Virus record (IMG/VR): IMGVR_UViG_3300008267_000250 | Span: 52,255 to 72,254 of that record | DNA length: 20,000 bases | Strand: one strand, 5' to 3' | DNA from: an uncultured virus (IMG/VR IMGVR_UViG_3300008267_000250) | Lineage: Duplodnaviria; Heunggongvirae; Uroviricota; Caudoviricetes | Notes under the pieces: generated by a model | The model's database searches: none | What the model was told of the DNA's origin: nothing | The model's input: only the letters and a program-made list of their open reading frames with translations | Position numbers and translations under genes: made by a program | Shown here: positions 9,252 to 17,411 of the stretch, in pieces | Numbering within the stretch: the stretch's first letter is position 1 | Layout of the letters: every line of letters begins with the position of its first letter

Positions 9252-9604
9252 GTATAGAGATTGAAAAAAATACGGTTCCAAAGTTTATCGTTGGTTTTTA
9301 TATGGACAAATACGAACATTATCCTTGTTTTACTCAGACAAGGAATGTAACCTATGAAGCTATCAATGTGTTAACCAAAAAAAACAGAATAATCTGGTTT
9401 GATAAGTTTTTTGACGGTAACACAACAACTATTAGAGAAGCGTTAATTGATTATAGTACTAATTATAAGGTAATGGTTTATGTTAAGTCAAAAGGCGATG
9501 AACGTGTATTTAATTTATTTTTGTTATCAACCTCAGACGATAATGAACATATAAATTATCTTATAAACGCATTAAATAAATTTTACACAATAGATATCGT
9601 ATGA
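9248..9604 (+). CDS. Hypothetical protein
   Basis: 118 aa; ATGA overlaps with both neighbours. Confidence 0.7.
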   Translation: MSIEIEKNTVPKFIVGFYMDKYEHYPCFTQTRNVTYEAINVLTKKNRIIWFDKFFDGNTTTIREALIDYSTNYKVMVYVKSKGDERVFNLFLLSTSDDNEHINYLINALNKFYTIDIV

Positions 9605-9888
9605 AGGTAGTTGTTTTATTCACAATGAAAGGTTGTCCTTTTTGTGATATGATTAAAGAGGAATTTAAAAAAGAAGATATATTATTTCTTGAAAGAGATA
9701 TTGAGGAATTTGAAGAAGAATACGACTCGTTTGTTGAAGCAACCGAAAATGATTTTGTTCCGGCAATGACCCTATTAACATTAGATGAAAATGAGGAAGC
9801 GACAAATGTTAAACTTATCGCTCCCGACAGAGATTTTGATGACATTTACCAGGGCGTTGAATTGGTTAAACAATACCTATCAGAATAA
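9601..9888 (+). CDS. Glutaredoxin/thioredoxin-fold protein
   Basis: VVLFTMKGCPFC active site and downstream FVP cis-Pro motif. Confidence 0.85.
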   Translation: MKVVVLFTMKGCPFCDMIKEEFKKEDILFLERDIEEFEEEYDSFVEATENDFVPAMTLLTLDENEEATNVKLIAPDRDFDDIYQGVELVKQYLSE

Positions 9889-10705
9889 TATAAGTTCATC
9901 CACCAAATCAAGTTTTTCCCAAAGTAATTCATTTTTACTCAAGTATAGATCACAACCGTTAAATTGTGACAAATCAAACCTTTCTTTTAATTCGTTAAGT
10001 TCAAAAGGAAATACATCCAAAATTAAAGATACCAACCAATCTTTATTTACTATGTGTTTACCGGAAACAATATCAAAAATAACATTCTCATTATTGATTT
10101 CATTAATTGTTCCGATGTTACTTAACTTATATGTAATTTCTGACGATATACCTTTTTTGAATAAATGGTACGTGATATATCTTAATAAGATGTGATAGTA
10201 TTTTTCATTATTATTGGATAAACCAAAAAACTATGGACCTACTTAATGGAAAATTGTTCAGAATGTCGTAGTTACATCTTGTTAAATCTTTTTCACTACA
10301 ATCAAAATAAATAATATCATCATCAATTTTTAAATTTAGTAAAACACCTTCCTTTACTAGACCATCAACAAATGTTTGCAACGTACTGTTATTATTTTTT
10401 GATTCACTATAACTTATAATTAAGTTTTTAGTATCAACTTCGGTGTTATAATTAATAACATCAAAAACTCTGATGGAATTCGCCAGTTCCTCACTATAAG
10501 TCAAACAAAATTCCCTTAATAGGTCACTTAAATTTATAACCACATCGGAGTTGGTATTTCCTTTAACAACAAAAAAATTCCTGACGTTAATAACACTTAT
10601 TTTTGTGTTTGCGTCAGGAAATGTTTCATTAATTTTATTTACAATAAGACTTGCAAAGATATTACAAAGGTGTTTACCACCCAATAAATTGTATACTTCA
10701 ATCAT
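9880..10705 (-). pseudogene. Degenerate S-adenosylmethionine synthetase (MetK)-like gene split by a +1 frameshift near 10225-10233
   Basis: 10211-10705 resembles the MetK N-domain. A start-less frame 9880-10230 (116 aa: ...LRYITYHLFKKGISSEITYKLS...WLVSLILDVFPFELNELKERFDL...LWEKLDLVDEL) resembles the MetK C-domain. Could be a pseudogene, programmed frameshift or assembly error. Confidence 0.55.
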
Positions 10706-10768
10706 ATTTTATTTTTTAACATTTTATTTTTAGTTAATGTTAAAAAAAATAAAAATACGGTTAAATGC

Positions 10769-10906
10769 TTAATTACTCTTTTTGTAATATTTCTCAACAA
10801 TTTTTTGTACAGCGTTTTTTACTGACTCATTGTTTTGTTGTTGAGTTTGAACAGGTTGAGCCTGTTGTTGTCCGTTGTTTTTGTTCTTACACCCGCAGCC
10901 TGACAT
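10769..10906 (-). CDS. Small GCGCK-motif, Gln-rich protein (45 aa, absent from ORF track)
   Basis: Manual translation MSGCGCKNKNNGQQQAQPVQTQQQNNESVKNAVQKIVEKYYKKSN; minus-strand TATTTATA at 10936-10943 upstream. Confidence 0.7.
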   Translation of the reverse strand: MSGCGCKNKNNGQQQAQPVQTQQQNNESVKNAVQKIVEKYYKKSN

Positions 10907-10992
10907 TTTACTTAGTTTTATAAGTTTATTTTTAATATAAATATTTATAAATTACAAATAATCTTTTGTCAATACAAACTATTTATAAAAAT

Positions 10993-12201
10993 ATGAAAAT
11001 TAATTCTCTAATTAGAAAAATCATCAAAGAAGAAACCGAAGAATGGATTGACGTTTCTCCGGAAGAATATAAAGAACTTTTGGACTACGTTAATGGTGAC
11101 GGGTCAGTAATTAAAAGACTTCCAGACTATAAAGGTAAGAAAATTAAAATTACCGGTGATTTGGATCTTAGTAGAAGAGACGATGTTGAAAATATTGATA
11201 GTATTGATTACGTGGACGGTAAATTAGACATTAGTAATACAAATATTTCATTTTTTGACAAATCCAAGGTAAAAAAATATATGTGGTACGGCAATTCCAA
11301 AATGGATAAGATTGAACGACAAAAGATATATAACCAAAGAATGGAACATCAACAAGAGTTAAGAGAAGAAGATACCTGGAATGTTGAAAATGATGACGAG
11401 GAATCAAACGAAACTGAAGCGATTTATGATTACCTACTTGAACATAAAATTCCGGAGGTAATTGAAGATGAAACGACCGGTGAAGAAGTTAGAGAAGATA
11501 AATATTTTTTATTTAAAACAGATTATGATCACCACGGTGGTAACATTTATATTTGGCTTGGAAACGGTAGTCACGGAAGTGAATATGTGGTGTTTAGAGA
11601 TGATGAAATTAAAGATGCCGCAAAAAAAGAACTTCAAAACACGATAGATGAAATTGGTTTGGATGTATTTAGATGGTATGTTTGGGAAAATAATTTTGAT
11701 GAAGAATATACCAGAAGATGGTTATATGATGATTATGAGGAAGTGATTAGAGAGGATCCAGAAGGTTGGTCTATTGAAAAAGAACTAACTGACGACCAAA
11801 AAAGATATATTGAAATTTACAATCAAAATATTGAAAGTTTAAGAAAAAAATTGGAAAATCAATCTTTAACTGACGAACAAAAAGATGAGATTGAAAATGA
11901 CATATATGATTTTGAACAATTAATAGAGGACATCAATGAAAATCCGGAAGGTGATTATTCTGAGGAAAGTATTGAAGAACGGATTGAAAGTATGGTGGAT
12001 GATAATATTAATGATTTCCTTAAAAACAAAAAAAGAGAAGGATACGATGATGACTTTCTTATGGACTTTATTGACGTTGACGGAGCAATTGAAGATGTTA
12101 TACAATCAGATGGTTACGGAAATATTTTAAATCGTTTTGATGGTAGTGACGACGAATATAAAATCAACGATACTTGGTACCATGTAATGCGTCACAATTA
12201 A
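10993..12201 (+). CDS. Highly acidic hypothetical protein, probable head protein
   Basis: ATG at 10993 (MKINSLIRKIIKEE) 6 nt after TATTTAT; short ITGDLDL/VDGKLDI repeats; very D/E-rich. Confidence 0.7.
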   Translation: MKINSLIRKIIKEETEEWIDVSPEEYKELLDYVNGDGSVIKRLPDYKGKKIKITGDLDLSRRDDVENIDSIDYVDGKLDISNTNISFFDKSKVKKYMWYGNSKMDKIERQKIYNQRMEHQQELREEDTWNVENDDEESNETEAIYDYLLEHKIPEVIEDETTGEEVREDKYFLFKTDYDHHGGNIYIWLGNGSHGSEYVVFRDDEIKDAAKKELQNTIDEIGLDVFRWYVWENNFDEEYTRRWLYDDYEEVIREDPEGWSIEKELTDDQKRYIEIYNQNIESLRKKLENQSLTDEQKDEIENDIYDFEQLIEDINENPEGDYSEESIEERIESMVDDNINDFLKNKKREGYDDDFLMDFIDVDGAIEDVIQSDGYGNILNRFDGSDDEYKINDTWYHVMRHN

Positions 12202-12256
12202 ATATTGTTATTTACAGTTAGGTTAATATTTTTTACCTTTGAATTAAAACGATGTA

Positions 12257-13006
12257 ATGAAAACTGACTGGTTGTTTCAAGAACCCATTGATTTAGAACA
12301 CAAACAATATGTACTTTTGGATTACCTTCAAAAACTGGATAAAAATTTAAACAACTTCAAACTATACCCCCAATTTCAAGAAATATCATTACATCTTGCA
12401 AGTATCAACTTATTAATTGAAAAAGGTCAAACATTAACACTTAACAGGACATTAAAGGACCCAGACGACGAAATACTACTGTCAGATTTAATACCGGTTG
12501 ATTGCCCGTTACTATCAAAAGAAGAAATACTTGAGGTTTACAAAGTTTGTAAATATTCCTCAACAAAACTGACCGATTACTTCAACCACGCAAAAGCAAT
12601 ATGGGACATTGTGAATGATTCGGTTTCAATTGATCCTGTACAAAATAAGAAAAACATTGACCCAAAACAAGGATTATTTTTTTTGGATTACAATGAAAAA
12701 ACAATATTTTATGAGTTTAATATAAAACCAATCAAAAAAGGAAACCTTGAAACAAAATGTCACATCAAAAAAATATGTGAATGTAAAAGAGATGAGTTTG
12801 AACAAAAAATTAAGGAAATAAAAAGACCTTTAATTAAAAATTTACAAGAAAAAACAATATATGAAAATTTAATTGTGTTTACTGTAAACCACAATAATAA
12901 TTACCCCCTCAAAGAAACGTTACTACCAATTGTTAAAAGAAAAATTATGAATTATATGATTCAGTCAAAAATTATTAAACATAAAAATTTGACAAATAAA
13001 ATATAA
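12257..13006 (+). CDS. Conserved hypothetical protein
   Basis: 249 aa ORF after a TACCTTTG promoter element; IDLEHKQYVLLDYLQ...KLYP...ETLLPIVKRK. Confidence 0.75.
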   Translation: MKTDWLFQEPIDLEHKQYVLLDYLQKLDKNLNNFKLYPQFQEISLHLASINLLIEKGQTLTLNRTLKDPDDEILLSDLIPVDCPLLSKEEILEVYKVCKYSSTKLTDYFNHAKAIWDIVNDSVSIDPVQNKKNIDPKQGLFFLDYNEKTIFYEFNIKPIKKGNLETKCHIKKICECKRDEFEQKIKEIKRPLIKNLQEKTIYENLIVFTVNHNNNYPLKETLLPIVKRKIMNYMIQSKIIKHKNLTNKI

Positions 13007-13019
13007 TTCATTAATTTTG
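12988..13019 (+). promoter_or_regulatory. Bacteroidota-type -33/-7 promoter
   Basis: TTTG, 20 nt spacer, TAATTTTG; 14 nt before ATG 13034. Confidence 0.7.
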
Positions 13020-13033
13020 AAGAAAAAAAAGTC

Positions 13034-13231
13034 ATGGTAGTAAAACAAAGAACATTAAATGAATTGAGACAGGAAAAAGAGTTTGGTTATAAACATCCTG
13101 CGGTTAAGAACAACAAACCAAATGTTGATTCACAACACATTGTTGATTTGGTTATGAAATTTCCAAATGATGCGGATTTGGGTAAACAAGTTAGAAACTA
13201 TTTAATTGGTCTTGGGGTTTATGGAAAATAA
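13034..13231 (+). CDS. Hypothetical protein
   Basis: 65 aa with FPNDADLGKQVR motif; promoter upstream. Confidence 0.7.
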   Translation: MVVKQRTLNELRQEKEFGYKHPAVKNNKPNVDSQHIVDLVMKFPNDADLGKQVRNYLIGLGVYGK

Positions 13232-13448
13232 AGAAATGGTGAACCACCCAGATCATTATGGGGGAAAAAATAACCCATATGAAGCGATAAAGGTGATAGA
13301 TGCTTGGCATCTTGGATTTAGTTTGGGTAACACGGTTAAATATATCTCAAGAGCTGGTAAAAAACACAAGGATAAGGAACTTGAAGATTTGAAAAAAGCC
13401 AAGTTTTACCTGGATCATTATATAAGTCAACTAGAAAGCCAACAATAA
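13221..13448 (+). CDS. DUF3310 family protein (T7 gp1.7 nucleotide kinase-like)
   Basis: VNHPDHY...EAIKVI...FSLGNTVKYISRAGKK...EDLKKAKFYL signature; ATG at 13221. Confidence 0.88.
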   Translation: MENKEMVNHPDHYGGKNNPYEAIKVIDAWHLGFSLGNTVKYISRAGKKHKDKELEDLKKAKFYLDHYISQLESQQ

Positions 13449-13485
13449 TGTTGGTTTTTTTTGTTTTGTGGAAGTATTTATCTAT

Positions 13486-14274
13486 ATGATTATAGATGTG
13501 TGGAGACCCAGAATAAAAAAAGTTAATGGTAAGGGTATCGCCGTGTCGTATGAAATGGTTGATATTGGTGTTTTTATTAAAGAAAAAAGAAAAGGGTGGA
13601 TTGTTAGGTATTATTGTGATTCGTGTAAAAATGACAAAATAATGACAACCACCACACATGTTTTATTAAACCCAAAAGTTGTTTATAATACCTTAGAAAA
13701 ACAAACCTGCAGATCATGTAGGTCTAAAATTTCAGAATATGAAATAAAAAAAAGTCACATACCTTTTGATGTTATAGAAAAATCCGTAATAGAGTCAAAT
13801 TACACACTACTTTCAACTGAGGATGAATATATGTTATGGGGTCAAAAATCACAATTTAAACATAAAGTTATTTGTGAAAATAACCATAACTTAACAATAA
13901 CTTGGAATAATTGGAGTAAAGGTAAGCGTTGCAGACAATGTTATGAACAAAAAAAATTTGAAAATGCGGTTAAGTATAAGGAAGGTTGGGAAAGGTACTC
14001 GTATTTGGTTTATTATTATACTGAAAAAAGTTATAAAAAATATAAAAACAAAATCAACCCAACAAATATTGAAAGAAGTAAAGAGTACCACCTAGACCAT
14101 AAATATTCAATTAGTGAAGGGTTTGGTAATGGTATTTTACCAAACATAATTGGTCAATTTTATAATTTAGAAATTTTAAAAAGTCACGATAATTTAAAAA
14201 AAAATAAACAATGTTCAATAACATTAGATGAATTATTTGAATATGAAAAAACTTATAAAAGAATCGGGGATTAG
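13486..14274 (+). CDS. Free-standing HNH homing endonuclease with Zn-binding repeats
   Basis: CDSC/CRSC, CENNH...KGKRCRQC; C-terminal YHLDHKYSI...NLEIL...DNLKKN HNH motif. Confidence 0.8.
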   Translation: MIIDVWRPRIKKVNGKGIAVSYEMVDIGVFIKEKRKGWIVRYYCDSCKNDKIMTTTTHVLLNPKVVYNTLEKQTCRSCRSKISEYEIKKSHIPFDVIEKSVIESNYTLLSTEDEYMLWGQKSQFKHKVICENNHNLTITWNNWSKGKRCRQCYEQKKFENAVKYKEGWERYSYLVYYYTEKSYKKYKNKINPTNIERSKEYHLDHKYSISEGFGNGILPNIIGQFYNLEILKSHDNLKKNKQCSITLDELFEYEKTYKRIGD

Positions 14275-15997
14275 GGATATTAATAATATTGCTAAAAGAT
14301 ACAAAAAAGCAAAAATATATTTCCACCAGGATTTAGATGGTGTTACCACGGCTTTAGCCATGAAAAACTACCTTGAACAACACGGAATAAAAGTTGTTGA
14401 TTGTGAGGTCATACAATATGGCGATAAGGAATTTGCTATAAAAAAACCAGACGCTTCTGGTGAAGTTATGCCAGTTTTAGTTGACTATAGTCACGGGCGT
14501 CCGATGTTTGTTATACACACGGATCATCATGACTCACAATCAGGAGTTGAAAAAGAAACGGCAACAAGTTTTAGACATTCAAGATCAAACGTTGAAACAA
14601 TATCCCAGGTCGTATCACCAAAAGAAATATTCCCATCCGATGACATCCTTTTAATTTCAACGGTGGATTCGGCAAATTTTGCGTCAAATGAAATAACACC
14701 TGAAATGGTAATGAATTACCTTTTTAAATTTGACAAAGATTCATCCTTAAAACAAAACAAAATGTTGATGGGCTTGGTGACAAATAAATTATTGTTAGCA
14801 TTCAAGAACAAGCCAAAGTTTTTGGAAACAATAGTAATGGAAGCAAAACCATCACTTATCAGCATATTAAATAATATCAAAAAACAAATTTTAGAGAAGG
14901 GTTATGTTAAACCGGAGATTCTAAAACAAAACCAAGAAACGTATGTTCAACAAATGAAATCACACCCAAATGTAAAAGTTGAGGATGGTATCATTATTCA
15001 ATATGGTGGTGGTAATATGATGAAACCCGGTTCTTATGATAGGTATACACCATTCAGAAACAACCCAGAAGCCGACTTTATTGTGATAGCTTGGCCACTA
15101 GGTTTGGTTCAAGCATCTTGTAATCCATTTAAAAAAGAAAGAGCGTTGAAAGGAATTAATTTGGGTGAAATAGCACAAGAAGTTCTATCAAAGTGGGAAT
15201 CACAATTAAAAGAAAAATATGTTTCGTTATCAACATTAAAATGGATTTCAGAATCTGGAAAAGATTTTGGTCCAGAATCGGTTGGTTTTACTTTTAAAGA
15301 TTTTATGGCTCTTTATGGTGATTATTATAAGTCAGTTGATAGGGGTGATGAGGTGTTGGACTTAATTGAAAAGGCGATGTTAAAACCATTCACAAGTTTA
15401 ACTGAAGAAGAAATGAAACTACTGGATGATGTTGAAATTAATGTGTGGGATTTGATCCAGGCTAACAGTGGGGGTCATAAATCGATTACTAATATTTCCG
15501 GGCTAAATTACATCGGAAGATCAAAAAGACCACCAAAAGGAGGTTATAAATACGACGCAGAAAGTGAAGATGCGCCATATGTTAAGTTTACTAAAATGAT
15601 TCAAAAAGAATTTGTGAGGGTTCTAAAAGAAAAAATGAAACAAACCGAAAATATTACAGAATCGGTTGAAAAAAAAAACTTAATTTCTCTTTTAAAAAAC
15701 CACATCAATAAAAAACACCTATTATCTGAAAAAGATTGGGATTTTATAATTAATGAGTTGGATTGTGTTATTGATAATAGAGGACAATGGGATCATCCCG
15801 GCAAATGTACACTTATTAATAGTAACACCATCACAATGAAGGATGTACTATATTCGTTAGTGGGAATTGATAATACTGGACATATGAAACTTATGTTACC
15901 AGAAAAAAACTATAATTTTCCAGGAAAAAAGGTACTTGAAATACCTTTAAAAGGGAAATTTAAGGATTTGGCATTAGAATTATTGAAAAAAGATTAA
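14243..15997 (+). CDS. DHH/DHHA1-family phosphoesterase with extra C-terminal domain
   Basis: YFHQDLDG, VLVD, HTDHH and SGGH motifs; likely start MKKLIKES at 14243 (ORF open from 14228). Confidence 0.85.
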   Translation: MKKLIKESGIRDINNIAKRYKKAKIYFHQDLDGVTTALAMKNYLEQHGIKVVDCEVIQYGDKEFAIKKPDASGEVMPVLVDYSHGRPMFVIHTDHHDSQSGVEKETATSFRHSRSNVETISQVVSPKEIFPSDDILLISTVDSANFASNEITPEMVMNYLFKFDKDSSLKQNKMLMGLVTNKLLLAFKNKPKFLETIVMEAKPSLISILNNIKKQILEKGYVKPEILKQNQETYVQQMKSHPNVKVEDGIIIQYGGGNMMKPGSYDRYTPFRNNPEADFIVIAWPLGLVQASCNPFKKERALKGINLGEIAQEVLSKWESQLKEKYVSLSTLKWISESGKDFGPESVGFTFKDFMALYGDYYKSVDRGDEVLDLIEKAMLKPFTSLTEEEMKLLDDVEINVWDLIQANSGGHKSITNISGLNYIGRSKRPPKGGYKYDAESEDAPYVKFTKMIQKEFVRVLKEKMKQTENITESVEKKNLISLLKNHINKKHLLSEKDWDFIINELDCVIDNRGQWDHPGKCTLINSNTITMKDVLYSLVGIDNTGHMKLMLPEKNYNFPGKKVLEIPLKGKFKDLALELLKKD

Positions 15998-16072
15998 ATT
16001 TTCTGAACTTTTGTTCAACATTGATATATTTATAATTATTCCTGACAAATTTCATATTTTTTTTAAAAAACA

Positions 16073-16104
16073 TTTGACAGTTCAAAATAAATGTTTTAGA
16101 TTTG
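16073..16104 (+). promoter_or_regulatory. Bacteroidota-type -33/-7 promoter
   Basis: TTTG, 20 nt spacer, TAGATTTG. Confidence 0.75.
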
Positions 16105-16154
16105 TAAAACAATTGGGGAACGACCCAATGATAAAATTGAAATACGAATAAAAC

Positions 16155-16298
16155 ATGAGTGAAGAACAACACATTGAAAGTGAAATCTACTCATACATCA
16201 CCGACAAAGGTCAGAGGGTGTATACACCAAATGTTCAGTTTGCCGAAATTATGGCAAACAAATATGGAACTCAAAAGGTATATGTAGAAAAAAATTAA
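16155..16298 (+). CDS. Small hypothetical protein (47 aa, absent from ORF track)
   Basis: MSEEQHIESEIYSYITDKGQRVYTPNVQFAEIMANKYGTQKVYVEKN, downstream of the promoter at 16073-16104. Confidence 0.65.
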   Translation: MSEEQHIESEIYSYITDKGQRVYTPNVQFAEIMANKYGTQKVYVEKN

Positions 16299-16315
16299 AA
16301 AAAGTTGACAAAGTA

Positions 16316-16347
16316 CTTGTCTAAATGAAAAAAAAGACTTAACTTTG
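16316..16347 (+). promoter_or_regulatory. Bacteroidota-type -33/-7 promoter driving the large ncRNA
   Basis: cTTG (16316-16319), 20 nt spacer, TAACTTTG (16340-16347). Confidence 0.7.
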
Positions 16348-16354
16348 TAAAACA

Positions 16355-17275
16355 AATCGGAAAAGTCCGAAACGTTCTTTGAAAATAGGAAATTAGACCG
16401 AAAGGTTAACATAATTAAAAAAAGTGAATTAACACCTCCCTTTCTTTAAGTATGGAATTTAATAGGTCATTGGGCCGTGTATGGTCCATTAAAATAAACC
16501 ATGAAAGTGGGATAAAGTGAATCAGAAGTGTAACTGATTTGCGGCTTGGGAGACCGAGCTTGAGTACACAAGCGGGATACCGTTTAACCTTTAGTACCGA
16601 GGGCAACGCTGTAGGGAAAGTGGTTAGATGATTTGGCGATGTGGGTCGTCTGATTGAGGTGGGAACACCAATAGGAATAACCCGTAGGAATAGTGCAAAA
16701 CTTAAAGTTATCCAACTTTAATATTGCGTGTTCCAGTATTATAGGATACTTAAAACCGAAAGGTATGTTTGTGTACAGGTGGTGCTGTTACAAACCCTAA
16801 TGATTCCTTACCAAAGGAATTGTTTTGAAGTAGTCTAGAAATATGGAAACTGGGAAGTTTCAGAGAGTAGTTAAGTATTGATTCGTTCAAAAGATGGGTC
16901 AGCTTGGTTGACGGACCACTACTTTCACAATCCACGACACACAACATTTTTTACAATTGGATGTAAAATCATAAACGTAATAATGGAAAAGTGTCCGTCA
17001 GGTTTGGATGAAAGGTGATTACATAGTAATGAGTTGTTCATTGCACACAAGGATCCCAAGTCTGAGTGTATTTATCCAAAAAACCTTTAATCCCGCAAGG
17101 ATGAACTGGGGCGGCAGTCTCGGAAAGAGTTAAGTAAGATGAGAGTAATTCAAACCTCAAGGAGTGGTATACCTAAAAAACCATCACTGAGAAATACCAT
17201 TCAAAAGATGGTGGATACGAAGGGAAACAATAATCCTTCAAAAGGTTCTCACAAACAGCTGTAATCTCAGGCTTA
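16355..17275 (+). ncRNA. Giant structured non-coding RNA, GOLLD-like (boundaries approximate)
   Basis: About 920 nt with no + strand ORF in the track, visibly richer in G/C than its flanks, many hairpins with GNRA loops and G-U pairs that work on the + strand, own promoter and terminator, tRNA nearby. The GOLLD assignment is inferred from size and context. Confidence 0.7.
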
Positions 17276-17307
17276 TTTTTAAAAAAAAATTACTGGTAAA
17301 AAAATTG

Positions 17308-17339
17308 ATGGATGAGATGGATTTCTTATCCATTTTTTT
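17308..17339 (+). terminator. Intrinsic terminator closing the large ncRNA
   Basis: ATGGATGAGA-tggatt-TCTTATCCAT hairpin followed by a T-tract. Confidence 0.75.
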
Positions 17340-17365
17340 ATTTCAAAAAAAAAATAAAAAAAACA

Positions 17366-17397
17366 TTTGTCAGATTCAAAAATTATTCCTACATTTG
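17366..17397 (+). promoter_or_regulatory. Bacteroidota-type -33/-7 promoter
   Basis: TTTG, 20 nt spacer, TACATTTG; 14 nt before ATG 17412. Confidence 0.75.
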
Positions 17398-17411
17398 TAG
17401 AAATAAAAGAT

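Noticed and set aside
9785..10195. Plus-strand 136 aa ORF
   Set aside because: Ser/Leu-rich antisense shadow of the MetK-like C-terminal frame on the minus strand.
13449..14274. HNH gene as part of an intron or intein
   Set aside because: Flanking genes are complete on their own, and no group I core elements or intein splice motifs flank it.
16027..16033. TATTTAT copy after the DHH gene
   Set aside because: No start codon nearby; may be a chance match in AT-rich DNA.
16191..16947. Minus-strand ORFs 16191-16412, 16415-16606 and 16750-16947
   Set aside because: Short, atypical composition, non-ATG starts, and antisense to a real small gene or the structured RNA.
16355..17275. RNase P RNA, tmRNA, rRNA fragment or group II intron as the identity of the large RNA
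   Set aside because: GGAAAAGTCCG (16359) and GGCTTAT (17270) faintly recall RNase P P4, but the pairing is imperfect and the span is over twice the usual length. No tmRNA tRNA-like ends, no continuous rRNA similarity, no GUGCG start or domain V seen. A covariance search is needed to exclude these fully.
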